Assembly (NCBI GenBank): GCA_963716745.1
Contig: OY970320.1
Location: 1,312,001-1,376,000 of the forward strand
Length of the DNA: 64,000 nucleotides
Source: an uncultured Gemmatimonadaceae bacterium
GTDB taxonomy: Bacteria > Gemmatimonadota > Gemmatimonadetes > Gemmatimonadales > Gemmatimonadaceae
Direction: 5' to 3'
The number at the start of each line of letters is the position of its first letter. The first letter of the stretch is position 1. Position numbers and translations under genes: made by a program. The notes beneath the pieces are model-generated. The model did not search any database. It was not told the DNA's origin and was given only the letters and a program-made list of their open reading frames with translations. Below are positions 42,100 to 52,354 of the stretch, one piece after another.

Positions 42100-43086
42100 A
42101 TGGCCCCCCGCAAAGTCCTCACCCAGATCGCCCCCGCGTCGTGGGAGCATCCCGCCGACCGCGCCGCGCTCAACACGCTGCGCGCGATCCCGGGCTTCGA
42201 CGAACTCGTGCGCAAGATCATGGGGATCATCGGCGAGCGCGGCGTGCGCCATCTGTTCACGGCGAGCGCGATGAAGGTCGGGCCGCGCCAGCGCCCCAAA
42301 CTCGACGCGCTCTACGCCGACGTGCTCACCTCGCTCGACTGGCCCGAACGCCCCGATCTTTACGTCGCGCAGACGCCGATCGCCAACGCGATGGCCGTCG
42401 GATTCGACAAACCGTTCATCGTGATCAACAGCGGCGCGCTCACGCTCCTCGACGACGACGAGAAGCGCGTGATCCTCGGCCACGAACTCGGCCACGTCAT
42501 GAGCGGCCACGCGACGTATACCACCATCGCGCTGCTCATCCTGCGGCTCGGATTCACCGCCGTGCCGGGGCTCGGACTCATCGCGCTCCCGATCCAGCTC
42601 GCACTCATGGAGTGGTATCGGAAAGCCGAACTCTCGAGCGATCGCGCGGGGCTGCTCTCCACGCAGGATCCGCTCGCGTCGATGCGCGTGTTCCTGCGAC
42701 TCTCCGGCGGCGCCGACGAGGGCGATAAGACGAGCCTCGATGAATTCCTCGTACAGGCGCGCGACTACGAGACCGGCGGCACCGCGTTCGACAATCTGCT
42801 CAAGCTGCTCAACGTCGCGTTCCAGTCGCATCCATTCGGCACCGTGCGCGCGGCGGAACTCCAGCGCTGGATCGAGAGCGGCGCGTACGACCGGATCCTC
42901 GGCGGCGAGTACCAGCGCCGCGGCGCCGCCGACCAGCGGCCGCTGAGCGAGGATTACGCCGAAGCGGGCGCGCACTACCGCGAACAGGCGCGCGGCGCGG
43001 TGGATCAGGTGGCAACGGCGGTCCGCAATATCGGCGATCTCGTGAGTGGCGCGTTCCGTTCGCCGGGAGAGCCGCCGCAGAAATGA
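42100..43086 (+). CDS. M48 family zinc metalloprotease
   Basis: HELGH, RKAELSSDRAG, SHP. Confidence 0.9.
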   Translation: MAPRKVLTQIAPASWEHPADRAALNTLRAIPGFDELVRKIMGIIGERGVRHLFTASAMKVGPRQRPKLDALYADVLTSLDWPERPDLYVAQTPIANAMAVGFDKPFIVINSGALTLLDDDEKRVILGHELGHVMSGHATYTTIALLILRLGFTAVPGLGLIALPIQLALMEWYRKAELSSDRAGLLSTQDPLASMRVFLRLSGGADEGDKTSLDEFLVQARDYETGGTAFDNLLKLLNVAFQSHPFGTVRAAELQRWIESGAYDRILGGEYQRRGAADQRPLSEDYAEAGAHYREQARGAVDQVATAVRNIGDLVSGAFRSPGEPPQK

Positions 43087-44369
43087 AGGTGTTGATCGTA
43101 GGCGGCGGCGGCCGGGAGCACGCCGTCGCCTGGTGTCTGTCGCGCCGTCATCCTGGCATCGAGATCGTTTCCGCCCCGGGCAATCCGGGGCTCGCGCGCA
43201 TGGGACGATGTGTGGACATCGCGGCGAGCGATGTGCCCGCGCTCGTCGTGCTGGCGCAGCGCGAGAAGCCCGACCTCACATTCGTCGGACCCGAGGCGCC
43301 GCTCGCCGAGGGGATCGTGGACGCGTTCCGCGCGCACGGGCTGCCCGTGTTCGGCCCGACCGCGGCCGCCGCGCGCATCGAGAGTTCCAAGGCATTCGCG
43401 AAACAATTGATGATGGATGCCGGCGTGCCCACCGCGCGCGCCGAGCGGCACACGACGCTCGACGGCGCGCTGCACGCCATTCGGAGTTTCGGCGCGCCGG
43501 TGGTGATCAAGGCGTCGGGTCTCGCCGCGGGAAAGGGCGTGATCGTCTGCAACACCATGGAGGAGGCCGACCGCGCCGCGGTGTCGATGCTCTCCACGAA
43601 GACGTTCGGAGAGGCCGGCCTGGAAGTCCTCGTCGAGGAATTCATGGAAGGCGAAGAACTCTCGCTCTTCGCGTTGACCGATGGCACGCACGCGATCCCG
43701 ATGCTCGGCGTGCAGGATCACAAGCGGCTACTCAATGGCGACGAGGGCCCGAACACCGGCGGCATGGGCGCGTACGCACCGGTGAGTGTAGCGACTGAGG
43801 GAGTGGTACTCGAAGTGATGGAACGCATCGTGGCGCCGACGCTCGCGGCGATGCGCGTGCGCGGCACGCCGTTCACGGGACTGCTCTACGCGGGACTCAT
43901 GCTCACCGAGCGCGGCCCGCGCGTCGTGGAATTCAACGCGCGCTTCGGCGATCCGGAGACGGAAACGATCTTGCCGCTGCTCGAGAGCGATCTGCTCTCG
44001 CCGATGCTCGCCATCGCGCGCGGCGGGCCGATCAGCGGCACGCTCAAGTGGCGCGACGAGCACGCGGTCACCACCGTCGTCGCATCCACGGGCTATCCCG
44101 ACGCGCCGAAGAAGGGCGCGCGCATCACGCTGCCGCCGCCGTCGCCGGGCGTCACGATCTTCCACGCCGGCACCGCGGTGGATGCGGGCGGCCAGCTCGT
44201 CGTGGCCGGCGGCCGCGTGTTCGCCGTGACGGCCACCGCGAACACGCTCGCGGCCGCGCAGAAGGCGAGCGCCGAAGCGGCCGCGTCCATCCAGTTCGAC
44301 GGCAAGCAGTTCCGCACCGATATCGGCTGGCGCGAATTGCGTCGCAATGCCCGAGCTCCCGGAAACTGA
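43083..44369 (+). CDS. purD: Phosphoribosylamine--glycine ligase
   Basis: GGGGREHA, GLAAGKGV, QDHKR, GPNTGGMG, EFNARFGDPE. Confidence 0.97.
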   Translation: MKVLIVGGGGREHAVAWCLSRRHPGIEIVSAPGNPGLARMGRCVDIAASDVPALVVLAQREKPDLTFVGPEAPLAEGIVDAFRAHGLPVFGPTAAAARIESSKAFAKQLMMDAGVPTARAERHTTLDGALHAIRSFGAPVVIKASGLAAGKGVIVCNTMEEADRAAVSMLSTKTFGEAGLEVLVEEFMEGEELSLFALTDGTHAIPMLGVQDHKRLLNGDEGPNTGGMGAYAPVSVATEGVVLEVMERIVAPTLAAMRVRGTPFTGLLYAGLMLTERGPRVVEFNARFGDPETETILPLLESDLLSPMLAIARGGPISGTLKWRDEHAVTTVVASTGYPDAPKKGARITLPPPSPGVTIFHAGTAVDAGGQLVVAGGRVFAVTATANTLAAAQKASAEAAASIQFDGKQFRTDIGWRELRRNARAPGN

Positions 44370-45174
44370 GACCATCGCGCGCGGTCTCGACCGCGCGGTG
44401 AGCGGGGCCCGCATCACGAGTGTGACCGTCACCCATTCCGACGTGCTGCGCGAGATCTCGCCCAGCACGTTCAAGCGGCGCGTGAATGGCGCGGACATCG
44501 TTCGCACGACGCGCCGCGCGAAGCTCGTGGTGATCGAATTGGGCACGCGCGAGCGGATCGTGGTGCAGCCGCGCTTCACCGGCGCGCTCATCATCGATGC
44601 GGGCGACCTCCCCGATCGCGAGCGAGAATATTCGACGGTCGCGTTCGCCCTCGCCGACGGCCGCACCCTGCACTACCGCGATATTCGCCGGCTCGGCACG
44701 GTGATGCTCATGTCGCAGGCGCGCTGGAGCGAGTACGAGGGCGCTCTCGGGCCCGAGCCGCTTGACCGTTCGTTCACCCCGGCCCTATTATCGGGACTTC
44801 TTCGGGGGTCTCGACAGGCGGTGAAGAAGCTCCTCATGGACCAGCGCCGGCTCGCCGGCATCGGGAATATCTACGCGACCGAGGCGCTCTGGCGCGCCGC
44901 GATCGATCCGTCGCGCGCGGGCGAGACCGTGTCCGCTGAGGAGTCCCGAACGCTGCACGGTGCGATCGTCGGCGTGCTCACCGAATCCATCGCCGCGCGC
45001 GGCACCAGCTTCCGCGACTATCGCGACGCCACCGGCGAGCGCGGCGAATTCGCATCGCAACTCGCCGCGTACGGCCGCGAGGGCGAGCCGTGCAAGCGCT
45101 GCGGCGCGAAGCTCGTCAGTACGCAGGCGATCGACGGCCGCGCCACGGTTTTTTGCGCGCACTGCCAGCGGTGA
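44347..45174 (+). CDS. mutM: Formamidopyrimidine-DNA glycosylase
   Basis: MPELPE, GIGNIYA, C-terminal CKRC...CAHCQ zinc finger. Confidence 0.95.
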   Translation: MPELPETETIARGLDRAVSGARITSVTVTHSDVLREISPSTFKRRVNGADIVRTTRRAKLVVIELGTRERIVVQPRFTGALIIDAGDLPDREREYSTVAFALADGRTLHYRDIRRLGTVMLMSQARWSEYEGALGPEPLDRSFTPALLSGLLRGSRQAVKKLLMDQRRLAGIGNIYATEALWRAAIDPSRAGETVSAEESRTLHGAIVGVLTESIAARGTSFRDYRDATGERGEFASQLAAYGREGEPCKRCGAKLVSTQAIDGRATVFCAHCQR

Positions 45175-46336
45175 GCAAGCGCGCCGAGAAGCAGCTCGAG
45201 GCCGCGGCGCAGGCGGCGCACGTTGCGAGGCTCAAGGCGCACGTGCGCGCGAACGCCGAGGATCGTCCCGGCGTGTACCGCATGCACACCGACGACGGCG
45301 AAGTGTTGTACGTGGGGAAATCCAAGAAGGTGCGCTCGCGGCTGCTGAGTTATTTCCGGCTGCCCTTCCCCGAGGAGAAGGGCGCGCGCTTGGTGCGCGA
45401 GGCGGCGCGCATCGACTGGGACTACGTGCCGAGCGAATTCGCGGCGCTGCTTGCTGGAGCTGCAGCAGGTGAAGCGCCTGCGCCCGCGATTCAACTTCAT
45501 GCTCAAGCGCGACGCGCGGCATTTCGCGTTCATCAAGCTGTCGCGTCCGCCGGCGCCGCGTCTCATGGTGGTGCGCGGCGCGAGCGACGATCGCGCGACG
45601 TACTACGGCCCGTTCCAGGGCGCGCGCAACGTCGCCGAGATCCGTGCGCGAACTGTCCGACGTGCTCGGCCTTCGCGATTGCACCCTGGATTCGCGCATG
45701 CGCTTCGCGGATCAGGCCGAGTTGTTCTCCATCACGCCGCGCACGCCCGGCTGCATCCGCTACGAGATCAGGAAATGTCTCGGCCCGTGCGTCACCGCGT
45801 GCACCGAGGGTCAGTACGATGAGCGCGTCGTGCTCGCGAAAGCGTTCCTCGATGGCGCCGACGACACGCCGGTGGATTCATTGCGCCTCGAGATGCTCCG
45901 CGCGAGCGCCGAACTCGAATACGAACGCGCCGCAGCCATGCGCGACAAACTCGAGCGACTGGAAGCGCTCAGAGATCAGTTCGAGCGCCTGCGCTTCGCC
46001 GTGGAGAGTTTGAGCTTCAGTTATCACGTTCCCGGCTGGAACGGCGAGGACCGCGTCTATCTCATCCGTAAGGGCCGCGTGCGCGCCGAGGGCGCGCCGC
46101 CGGTAAGCGCGAAGGAGAAGCGCCACCACGCGCTCGTGATGGAGGAAGTGTTCGGTACGCGCGAGAGCGAAGGCGCGCGGTTGCCCACCCACGAGATCGA
46201 TGAGTTGTTATTGCTGAGCTGGTGGTTCCGCACCCACCCCGATGAGATGGACCGCACGACGCCCGTGAAATCCCCACGCTCCAAGCGCGTGCGCGTCGTG
46301 CCCGAAGCTCACGCGATCGAGGAACGAATCGCGTAG
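45171..46336 (+). CDS. UvrC N-terminal-like (Cho-like) GIY-YIG nuclease with UVR domain (frameshifts near 45452 and 45643)
   Basis: PGVYRM...LYVGKSK..RSRLLSYF, YYGPF, CLGPC, MLRASAELEYERAAAMRD. Confidence 0.85.
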
Positions 46337-46350
46337 GGCGCACGGAACTC

Positions 46351-46447
46351 GCAGTCCCCAACGCCAATCCCCAACGCGCCGTTCGCGGTACCAGTCCCGC
46401 CGTTTGCGGTACCACCACGCCGTCCGCGGTTCCACTCACGCCGTCAG
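46351..46447. repeat. Direct-repeat array of family C units
   Basis: TCCCCAACGC x2, then CGCCGTyyGCGGTwCCA at 46377, 46398 and 46418 plus a partial unit at 46439. Confidence 0.8.
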
Positions 46448-47231
46448 TCGTTCAGCCCATCCCCCGACTGCTCCGGAATGAAGAACTCCACATCCCGATA
46501 AACCACCGACCTTTCCTTCTTCCCGTCGAACTCCGCCGGTAAGTATTTCAAGGTCGCGAGATAGTCCAACGTCGCATCCCCGAACGCATCGCTTGTCTCC
46601 GTGAGCACCTTGATGCTCGCCGTGTCCACCACACCATCCGTATCCACCACGAACGATGTATGGATGATCGTCCGCGCGCGCGAGAGCGTTTCCGTGATCG
46701 GATACACCGTCTTCGGGCTGTTCGGGTATTCCACCGCGTCGCAGGAATCGTGCGTGATCAGGAACTTGCTGCCGTCCTGCTTGTGCCCAATGGAAATGAA
46801 AACGTTGAGCGAATCGGGCACCACCATCGGCATCGAATCGAGCAGCGCATCGTTGGGCCCGATCGACAGCGCTCGCTGCGCGTCGAGGTCGAAGCCCGCG
46901 CGCCCCGACGGCTGCATCAGCCGCACACCGCTCACGGATCCGTCGCGCATCACCTTCGCCGCGAAATACGCCACCAGCGCGGCGCTGTCCTTCACCACGT
47001 GCGTGAGCCGGCGTTCCATGCTGTTCGCGAGCTGCGCCAGATACGCGTCGCCGCCCGTTCCCCTATATCGATGGTCCGCGGTGAGGATCAGGATCCCCTC
47101 GCTCTCCCAATGCAGGCACTTGCGCGTGATCACCTGGCCGCCGGGAAGCTTCACCTCGCGCGCGAGCGTGTCCTGCGCGAGCGCGCTGCCCGCCAGGATC
47201 GAGATCCCGCCAATGCTAGCAAGAGCCGCAT
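46444..47231 (-). CDS. Exported protein with tandem TonB C-terminal-like domains (probable frameshift near 47207)
   Basis: VMRDGSVSGVRLMQPSGRAGFD and FVVDTDGVVD...YLPAEFDGK; signal peptide MRLLLALAG/ISILAGSALAQ spans two frames. Confidence 0.7.
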
Positions 47232-47260
47232 AACACGCCACTCCATTCCGAAAGTCTCCC

Positions 47261-47737
47261 TCACGGCGCGAGCGCGACGATCTCCGCGCTCACCACGCCC
47301 TCCACAATCGTCAGCCGCGCCACGCTCGGCAAGAGGTCGAATCGCCTCGCGCCGGCCGCGCCGGGATTGACCACGAGCCGCCCTCCCGAGCGCCCGATGA
47401 ACTGCCGGTGCGTGTGACCGTGCACGATCACGTCCGCATCGTATGCCGCCAGCAATTTCGGCAGCGTCGGACTCCCCAATTCGTGCCCGTGACTCACGTG
47501 CACGCGCACCCCGCCAATGGTACGGTCGATCCGATCCAGCAGCACGGGTTGCCCCGGTGGATCGGTGTTGCCGCGCACCGCGGTCACCGGCGCGATGAGC
47601 GCGAGCTCGTCGAGTATCGACGGCGGCCCCACATCGCCCGCATGCAGGATGAGGTCCACGCCCGCGAACGCATCGTGCACGTCCGCGCGCAACAGCCCGT
47701 GCGTGTCGCTGATCAGTCCGACGACGATCCGCTCCAC
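47261..47737 (-). CDS. YfcE/MJ0936-family metallophosphoesterase
   Basis: SDTHG, HAGDVG, GNTD, HGHTH, NPG. Confidence 0.9.
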   Translation of the reverse strand: MERIVVGLISDTHGLLRADVHDAFAGVDLILHAGDVGPPSILDELALIAPVTAVRGNTDPPGQPVLLDRIDRTIGGVRVHVSHGHELGSPTLPKLLAAYDADVIVHGHTHRQFIGRSGGRLVVNPGAAGARRFDLLPSVARLTIVEGVVSAEIVALAP

Positions 47738-48319
47738 CGCCGCCCCAATGTGTGCTCCACGCCGAGTTGGTCGAGCACGCGCGCGACGATGAAATCCACG
47801 AGATCGCTCACCGCCGCGGGGCGGTGATAGAATCCGGGCGCAGCCGGCATTACCACGGCGCCCGCGTTCGTGACGCGCAACATGTTCTCCAGGTGGATAG
47901 CCGACAGCGGCGTCTCGCGCGTGACGAGCACGAGCTTGCGGCGTTCTTTAAGCGCGACGTCCGCCGCGCGCTCCACGAGCGAGCGGCTCGTGCCCGCCGC
48001 TACCGCCGCGAGCGTGCCCATGCTGCACGGACAGATCACCATGCCGGCGTTCCGCGCCGATCCGCTCGCCGGCGCCGCGCCGCGATCGCCATCGTCGAAT
48101 ACGGTGACGATGCCCTTCCATGCCTTGCCGCCGCTCTTCGCCTGCAGCGCCGCGAGGTCGCGCGATCCCGGTCTCGGTGTCGAGCAGCCGCCACCCGTGC
48201 GCGCTCACGATGAGCTGCACCGGCTGCTTCGCGCGCACGAGCTGCTCGAGCAGCTTCACCGCGTACGGCGCGCCCGACGCGCCCGTCACCGCCATCACTA
48301 GCGGCAGCTTCGTGCTCAT
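47713..48319 (-). CDS. ubiX: Flavin prenyltransferase UbiX (frameshift near 48160)
   Basis: [31 protein letters not shown]. Confidence 0.93.
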
Positions 48320-49212
48320 CTCGAGATCAACCGCTCCGCGAGCACGAAGCCGAAGAAGGTGAGACTGATCACGCCGTTCATCGTGAAGAACGCCGCATCG
48401 AGCCGCGACAGATCGCCCGGCTTCACGAGCGAGTGCTCATACAGCAGCAGGGCGGCGACCACCACCACGCCCGCCGCGTAGATCGCGCCGGCGCCGGTGC
48501 CGATACCGACCAGCGCGAGGGCGATCACGGTGCCCGCGTGCATCACACGCGCGATCGTGATCGCGCGCCCTTCACCGAGCCCTGCCGGAATAGAGTGGAG
48601 CGCGTGCGCGCGGTCGAACTCAATGTCCTGCAGCGAATAGAGGATGTCGAAGCCGCCCACCCACGTCATCACCGCCGCCGCGAGCATCACGAGTACCCAC
48701 CACGGCATGCTCCACGCGCCCGTGATCGCGATATACCCGCCCACCGGCGCGATGCCCAGACCGAGTCCCAGCACCACGTGCGCGAGTCGCGTGAACCGCT
48801 TCGTGTAGCTGTAGAAGAACACCCACGCGAGCGCCGCCGGCGCGAGATAGAAGCAGAGTTGATTCAGCTCCCACGCCGCGAACACGAACAGACCCGACGC
48901 GATCACCACCGCCGCGGTGGCCTCCGCTAGTCCGATGATCCCCGCGGGGATCTCGCGCTTCGCCGTGCGCGGATTCAGCGCGTCGATCTCGCGGTCCGCG
49001 ATGCGGTTGAAGCCCATCGCCGCGAATCGCGCCGCCGTGAACGCCACCGTCACCCAGCCCACCTGCACCCAGCGCACCGGCGCGATCGCGCTCGCGAGCA
49101 CCACGCCCACCAACGCGAACGGCAGCGCGAACAGCGTGTGCGGGAGCTTCACGAAGTTCACGTAGTCCACGACGCGCGAGTGCGACGCGTACGTCTGGCC
49201 TTCGCGCGTCAT
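48316..49212 (-). CDS. UbiA-family prenyltransferase (MqnP-like)
   Basis: HTLFALPFA, NRIADREIDALNPRT, YSLQDIEFD, AFFTMNG. Confidence 0.88.
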   Translation of the reverse strand: MTREGQTYASHSRVVDYVNFVKLPHTLFALPFALVGVVLASAIAPVRWVQVGWVTVAFTAARFAAMGFNRIADREIDALNPRTAKREIPAGIIGLAEATAAVVIASGLFVFAAWELNQLCFYLAPAALAWVFFYSYTKRFTRLAHVVLGLGLGIAPVGGYIAITGAWSMPWWVLVMLAAAVMTWVGGFDILYSLQDIEFDRAHALHSIPAGLGEGRAITIARVMHAGTVIALALVGIGTGAGAIYAAGVVVVAALLLYEHSLVKPGDLSRLDAAFFTMNGVISLTFFGFVLAERLISR

Positions 49213-50699
49213 TTCGGCTTCACCGCGCCAATGCCCAGCTGTGCCCATACGCTATCTACGCGCTTCTTCGTCTCGTCATCCATCGTCATCAGTTCCGGCC
49301 ACTCGCGCACGAACCCCTCCTCCGGCCACTTCTGCGTCGCGTCGAAGCCGATCTTCGATCCGAACGTGAACGCCCGGCTCGAATGATCCAGCACGTCGAT
49401 CGGCCCCATGGAGAATCGCGCGTCGCGCTGCGGGTCGATGTTGTTCAGCGCCACCCACCAGGCTTCCTTCTCGTCGCGCACGTTCACCCATTTGTCCACC
49501 ACCACCAGCACCTTCGCGAGCGACATCAGCCCCGCGCCCCACATCGCGTTCATCACCTTGTACGCCTGCCCCGGGAATTGCTTGTCGATCGACACGAAAA
49601 CGAGATTGTGGAAGATCCCTTCCGCCGGCATGTGATAGTCCACGATCTCCGGCACGGTGAGCTTGATGAGCGGCAGGAAGATCCGCTCCGTCGCATGCCC
49701 GAGATAATAATCTTCCATGGGCGGACGGCCCACGATCGTCGTCGCGTACACCGGCTTCTTGCGCATCGTGATCGCCGTGACGTTCACCGCCGGATAGAGA
49801 TCCGCCAGCGAATAGAATCCCGTGTGATCGCCGAACGGCCCCTCGGTCACGAGCGGTTCGCGCGGATCGATCTCGCCTTCGATCACGATCTCCGCATGGC
49901 TCGGCACTTCCAGGTCGCACGTGAGCGCCTTCGTGAGGGACACCGGAGAGCTTCTAAGGAATCCCGCGAACAGGAACTCGTCGACGGTGGGCGGCAGCGG
50001 CGCCGACGCCGAGTACACGCTCGCGGGATCAGCGCCGATCACGATGCACACCGGCATCTTCTCGCCGCGTTCCGCCATCTCGCGCCAATGCGCGGCGCCC
50101 ACCTTGTGGCGCTGCCAATGCATCGCGAGCCGGTTCTTGCCGATGACCTGCACGCGGTACATGCCCACGTTGCGAATGCCGCGCTTGGGGTCCTTCGAGA
50201 TCACCATCGGCAGCGTGATGTACGCGCCGCCATCCTTCGGCCAGCAGGTGATGATCGGCAGCTTGCCGAGATCGATGTCGGCGCCGCGCCACACCACGTC
50301 CTGACATGCCTGCTTCCCGCCGTGCACCTTCGGAGGGAATTTCCCCACCTCGAGCAGCCGCGGCAGCAGCGACAACTTTCCGAGGATCCCCTCGGGCACC
50401 TTCATCTCGAGCAGCTCCGTGATCCGCGCGCCGATCTTGTCGAGATCGTCCGTGCCGAGCGCGAGCGCCATGCGCTTCATGCTGCCGAAGAGATTGATCG
50501 CGACGGGGAATTCCGAGCGGGAACCGTCGTCCAGCAGCACATGCTCGAAGAGCAGCGCCGGCCCGCCGCCGGGCATCTTCATCGCACGGTCGGCGATCTC
50601 CGTGATCTCGAGCTTCGCGCGGACCGGATGCTTCACATGGACGAGTTCGCCGGCCTCATCGAGCGCCTCGATGAATTCCTGGAGTGAGTCGAGAGTCAC
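49209..50699 (-). CDS. UbiD-family menaquinone biosynthesis decarboxylase (MqnL-like)
   Basis: RNVGMYR, EGPFGDHTGFY, GRPPMED. Confidence 0.9.
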   Translation of the reverse strand: MTLDSLQEFIEALDEAGELVHVKHPVRAKLEITEIADRAMKMPGGGPALLFEHVLLDDGSRSEFPVAINLFGSMKRMALALGTDDLDKIGARITELLEMKVPEGILGKLSLLPRLLEVGKFPPKVHGGKQACQDVVWRGADIDLGKLPIITCWPKDGGAYITLPMVISKDPKRGIRNVGMYRVQVIGKNRLAMHWQRHKVGAAHWREMAERGEKMPVCIVIGADPASVYSASAPLPPTVDEFLFAGFLRSSPVSLTKALTCDLEVPSHAEIVIEGEIDPREPLVTEGPFGDHTGFYSLADLYPAVNVTAITMRKKPVYATTIVGRPPMEDYYLGHATERIFLPLIKLTVPEIVDYHMPAEGIFHNLVFVSIDKQFPGQAYKVMNAMWGAGLMSLAKVLVVVDKWVNVRDEKEAWWVALNNIDPQRDARFSMGPIDVLDHSSRAFTFGSKIGFDATQKWPEEGFVREWPELMTMDDETKKRVDSVWAQLGIGAVKPK

Positions 50700-51443
50700 G
50701 CCGCCTCGCCCCAGTGGATCGCCGCGGTCCCCATCGTGAGCCGCCGGTAGCCGACGTTCACCAAACCCGCCCCACGCATGCGCTCGGCGAGCCGGTCGGC
50801 ATCCGGGAAATTCTGAACCGACTTCGGGAGATAACTGTACGCCGTCTTGTGCCCGCTCACGACGCGACCGATCAGAGGCAAGACGTGCTGGAAATAGAGA
50901 TCATAGAACGCGCGCACCGCGGCATTCGGCGGCTCCGAACACTCGAGTACGACAAGACGCGCGCCTTTCTTCAGCACGCGTCGAAGTTCGCGCAGCCCCG
51001 CATCGATGTCCGTGTAATTCCGCACGCCGAATCCGACCAGCGCGCCGGAGCCGACCCCATCGCGCAGCGGCAGCCTCAGCGCATCCGCAACGACCGCCCG
51101 CACCGGCAGTCCAACAGTCTTCGCGACCCCGCCGCGCAGCATCGGCTCCGCGAAATCGGCACAGATCACCGAGCCCGAGAACCCCGTACGCGCCGCCAAT
51201 TCCGCGCCGAGATCCATCGTTCCCGCGCACACATTGAGATAGGTCCCCGACGGATCACGCGCGATCTGCAGCGCATCGATCGCCTTCCGCCTCCAGCCGC
51301 GATCGAGATTCACGCTGAGCAGATGATTCAGGAGATCATAACTCGGCGCGATCTCCGAGAACGTCCTCTGCACATACGCGCGCTTCGAGACGCCGCCTTC
51401 TGCGGCCTCTCGGGCTGCGCGCTCCTCGCGTCATCAAAGACAT
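50696..51443 (-). CDS. ubiE: Ubiquinone/menaquinone C-methyltransferase (5' frameshift near 51432; start uncertain)
   Basis: IAPSYDLLNHLLS, CAGTMD, FGVRN, AYSYLPKSV. Confidence 0.88.
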
Positions 51444-51500
51444 GTGCGAAAGGTGCCCGGCGCGCGAGAGACATATGCAAGCGCCGTAAGGCAGCCTGTG

Positions 51501-51630
51501 GATCATGTAAGTCCTGCCAAAAAGCGCGTTTGACAGGATTGAGCATGATGGTTCGAGATGTGAACTGCCCCGGCGGCCGCAGTCCGCCGAGCGCAGTTCC
51601 AATCATGCTCCAGTCATGTTAATCCTGTCA
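51501..51630. repeat. Nested imperfect palindrome with 9-nt-period GAT units (family A-like)
   Basis: TGACAGGATT(51531)/AATCCTGTCA(51621), GAGCATGAT/ATCATGCTC, GAACTGC/GCAGTTC, CGGCGG/CCGCCG; extra arm-like copy at 51501-51519. Confidence 0.8.
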
Positions 51631-51704
51631 CAGCAGTTAGTTGTCTTCGTGGCTGGCTGCGGTACTACGCCATGGGCTCGTAACGTGTAACCCTCGAGCC
51701 CCGC

Positions 51705-52304
51705 ATGGCCAGTCTCGATCTCGTCAATCTCCCCGACGCCGATCTCGCCGCCCTCGCGCGAGAAGGTAAAGAGCCCGCGTTCCGGGAGCTGGTGCGGCGC
51801 TATGAGCGTCCTGTCTTCTCGCTGATCTTCCGCATGGTCCGCGATCGCGAGACCGCCGAGGATCTCGCGCAGGAGACGTTCATCAAGGTCCTCAATCACA
51901 TCGACCGCTACCGCCCCGAATTCAAGTTCTCGAGCTGGCTCTTCAAGATCGCGAACAATCTCACGATCGATTTCCTCCGCAAACGCCAACTCAAAACCGT
52001 AAGCATCGACGGCTCCCCGCACGCCGCCACCGCAGCGGAGGCCGAGGCCAGCGCGTTCGATGTCGAGAGTCGCGGCGAGACGGCGCTCGAGGAGATGGAA
52101 TCCAAGGAACTCGGCGGCGCGATAGAAAAAGCCATCGCGAAACTGCGCCCCGAGTATCGCGCCTGCATCCTGCTGCGCCATGTAGAAGACCGTTCCTACG
52201 AGGAGATCGCGGCCACTCTCGATCTCCCTCTGGGAACCGTGAAAACGTACATCCACCGCGCCCGTCACGAGCTCAGAGAGGCCCTTTCCGGCCTCCGAAC
52301 ATAG
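51705..52304 (+). CDS. ECF RNA polymerase sigma factor (SigW/RpoE-like)
   Basis: AEDLAQETFIK, FSSWLFKIANN, SYEEIA..LDLPLGTVKTYIHRAR. Confidence 0.95.
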   Translation: MASLDLVNLPDADLAALAREGKEPAFRELVRRYERPVFSLIFRMVRDRETAEDLAQETFIKVLNHIDRYRPEFKFSSWLFKIANNLTIDFLRKRQLKTVSIDGSPHAATAAEAEASAFDVESRGETALEEMESKELGGAIEKAIAKLRPEYRACILLRHVEDRSYEEIAATLDLPLGTVKTYIHRARHELREALSGLRT

Positions 52305-52318
52305 CCCGAATCTCCGTC

Positions 52319-52345
52319 TGAAACTCGCTGCATTCTCAACCCGTA
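52319..52345 (+). promoter_or_regulatory. Putative ECF (SigW-type) promoter between sigma and anti-sigma genes
   Basis: TGAAAC-N17-CGTA. Confidence 0.6.
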
Positions 52346-52354
52346 GAGGTACCC

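Noticed and set aside
46377..46447. Mini CRISPR array
   Set aside because: Units are 17 nt with 3-4-nt spacers and there are no cas genes
51529..51560. TTGACA as a sigma70 -35 element for the ECF gene
   Set aside because: No plausible -10 at 16-18 bp; the hexamer is part of the palindrome arm
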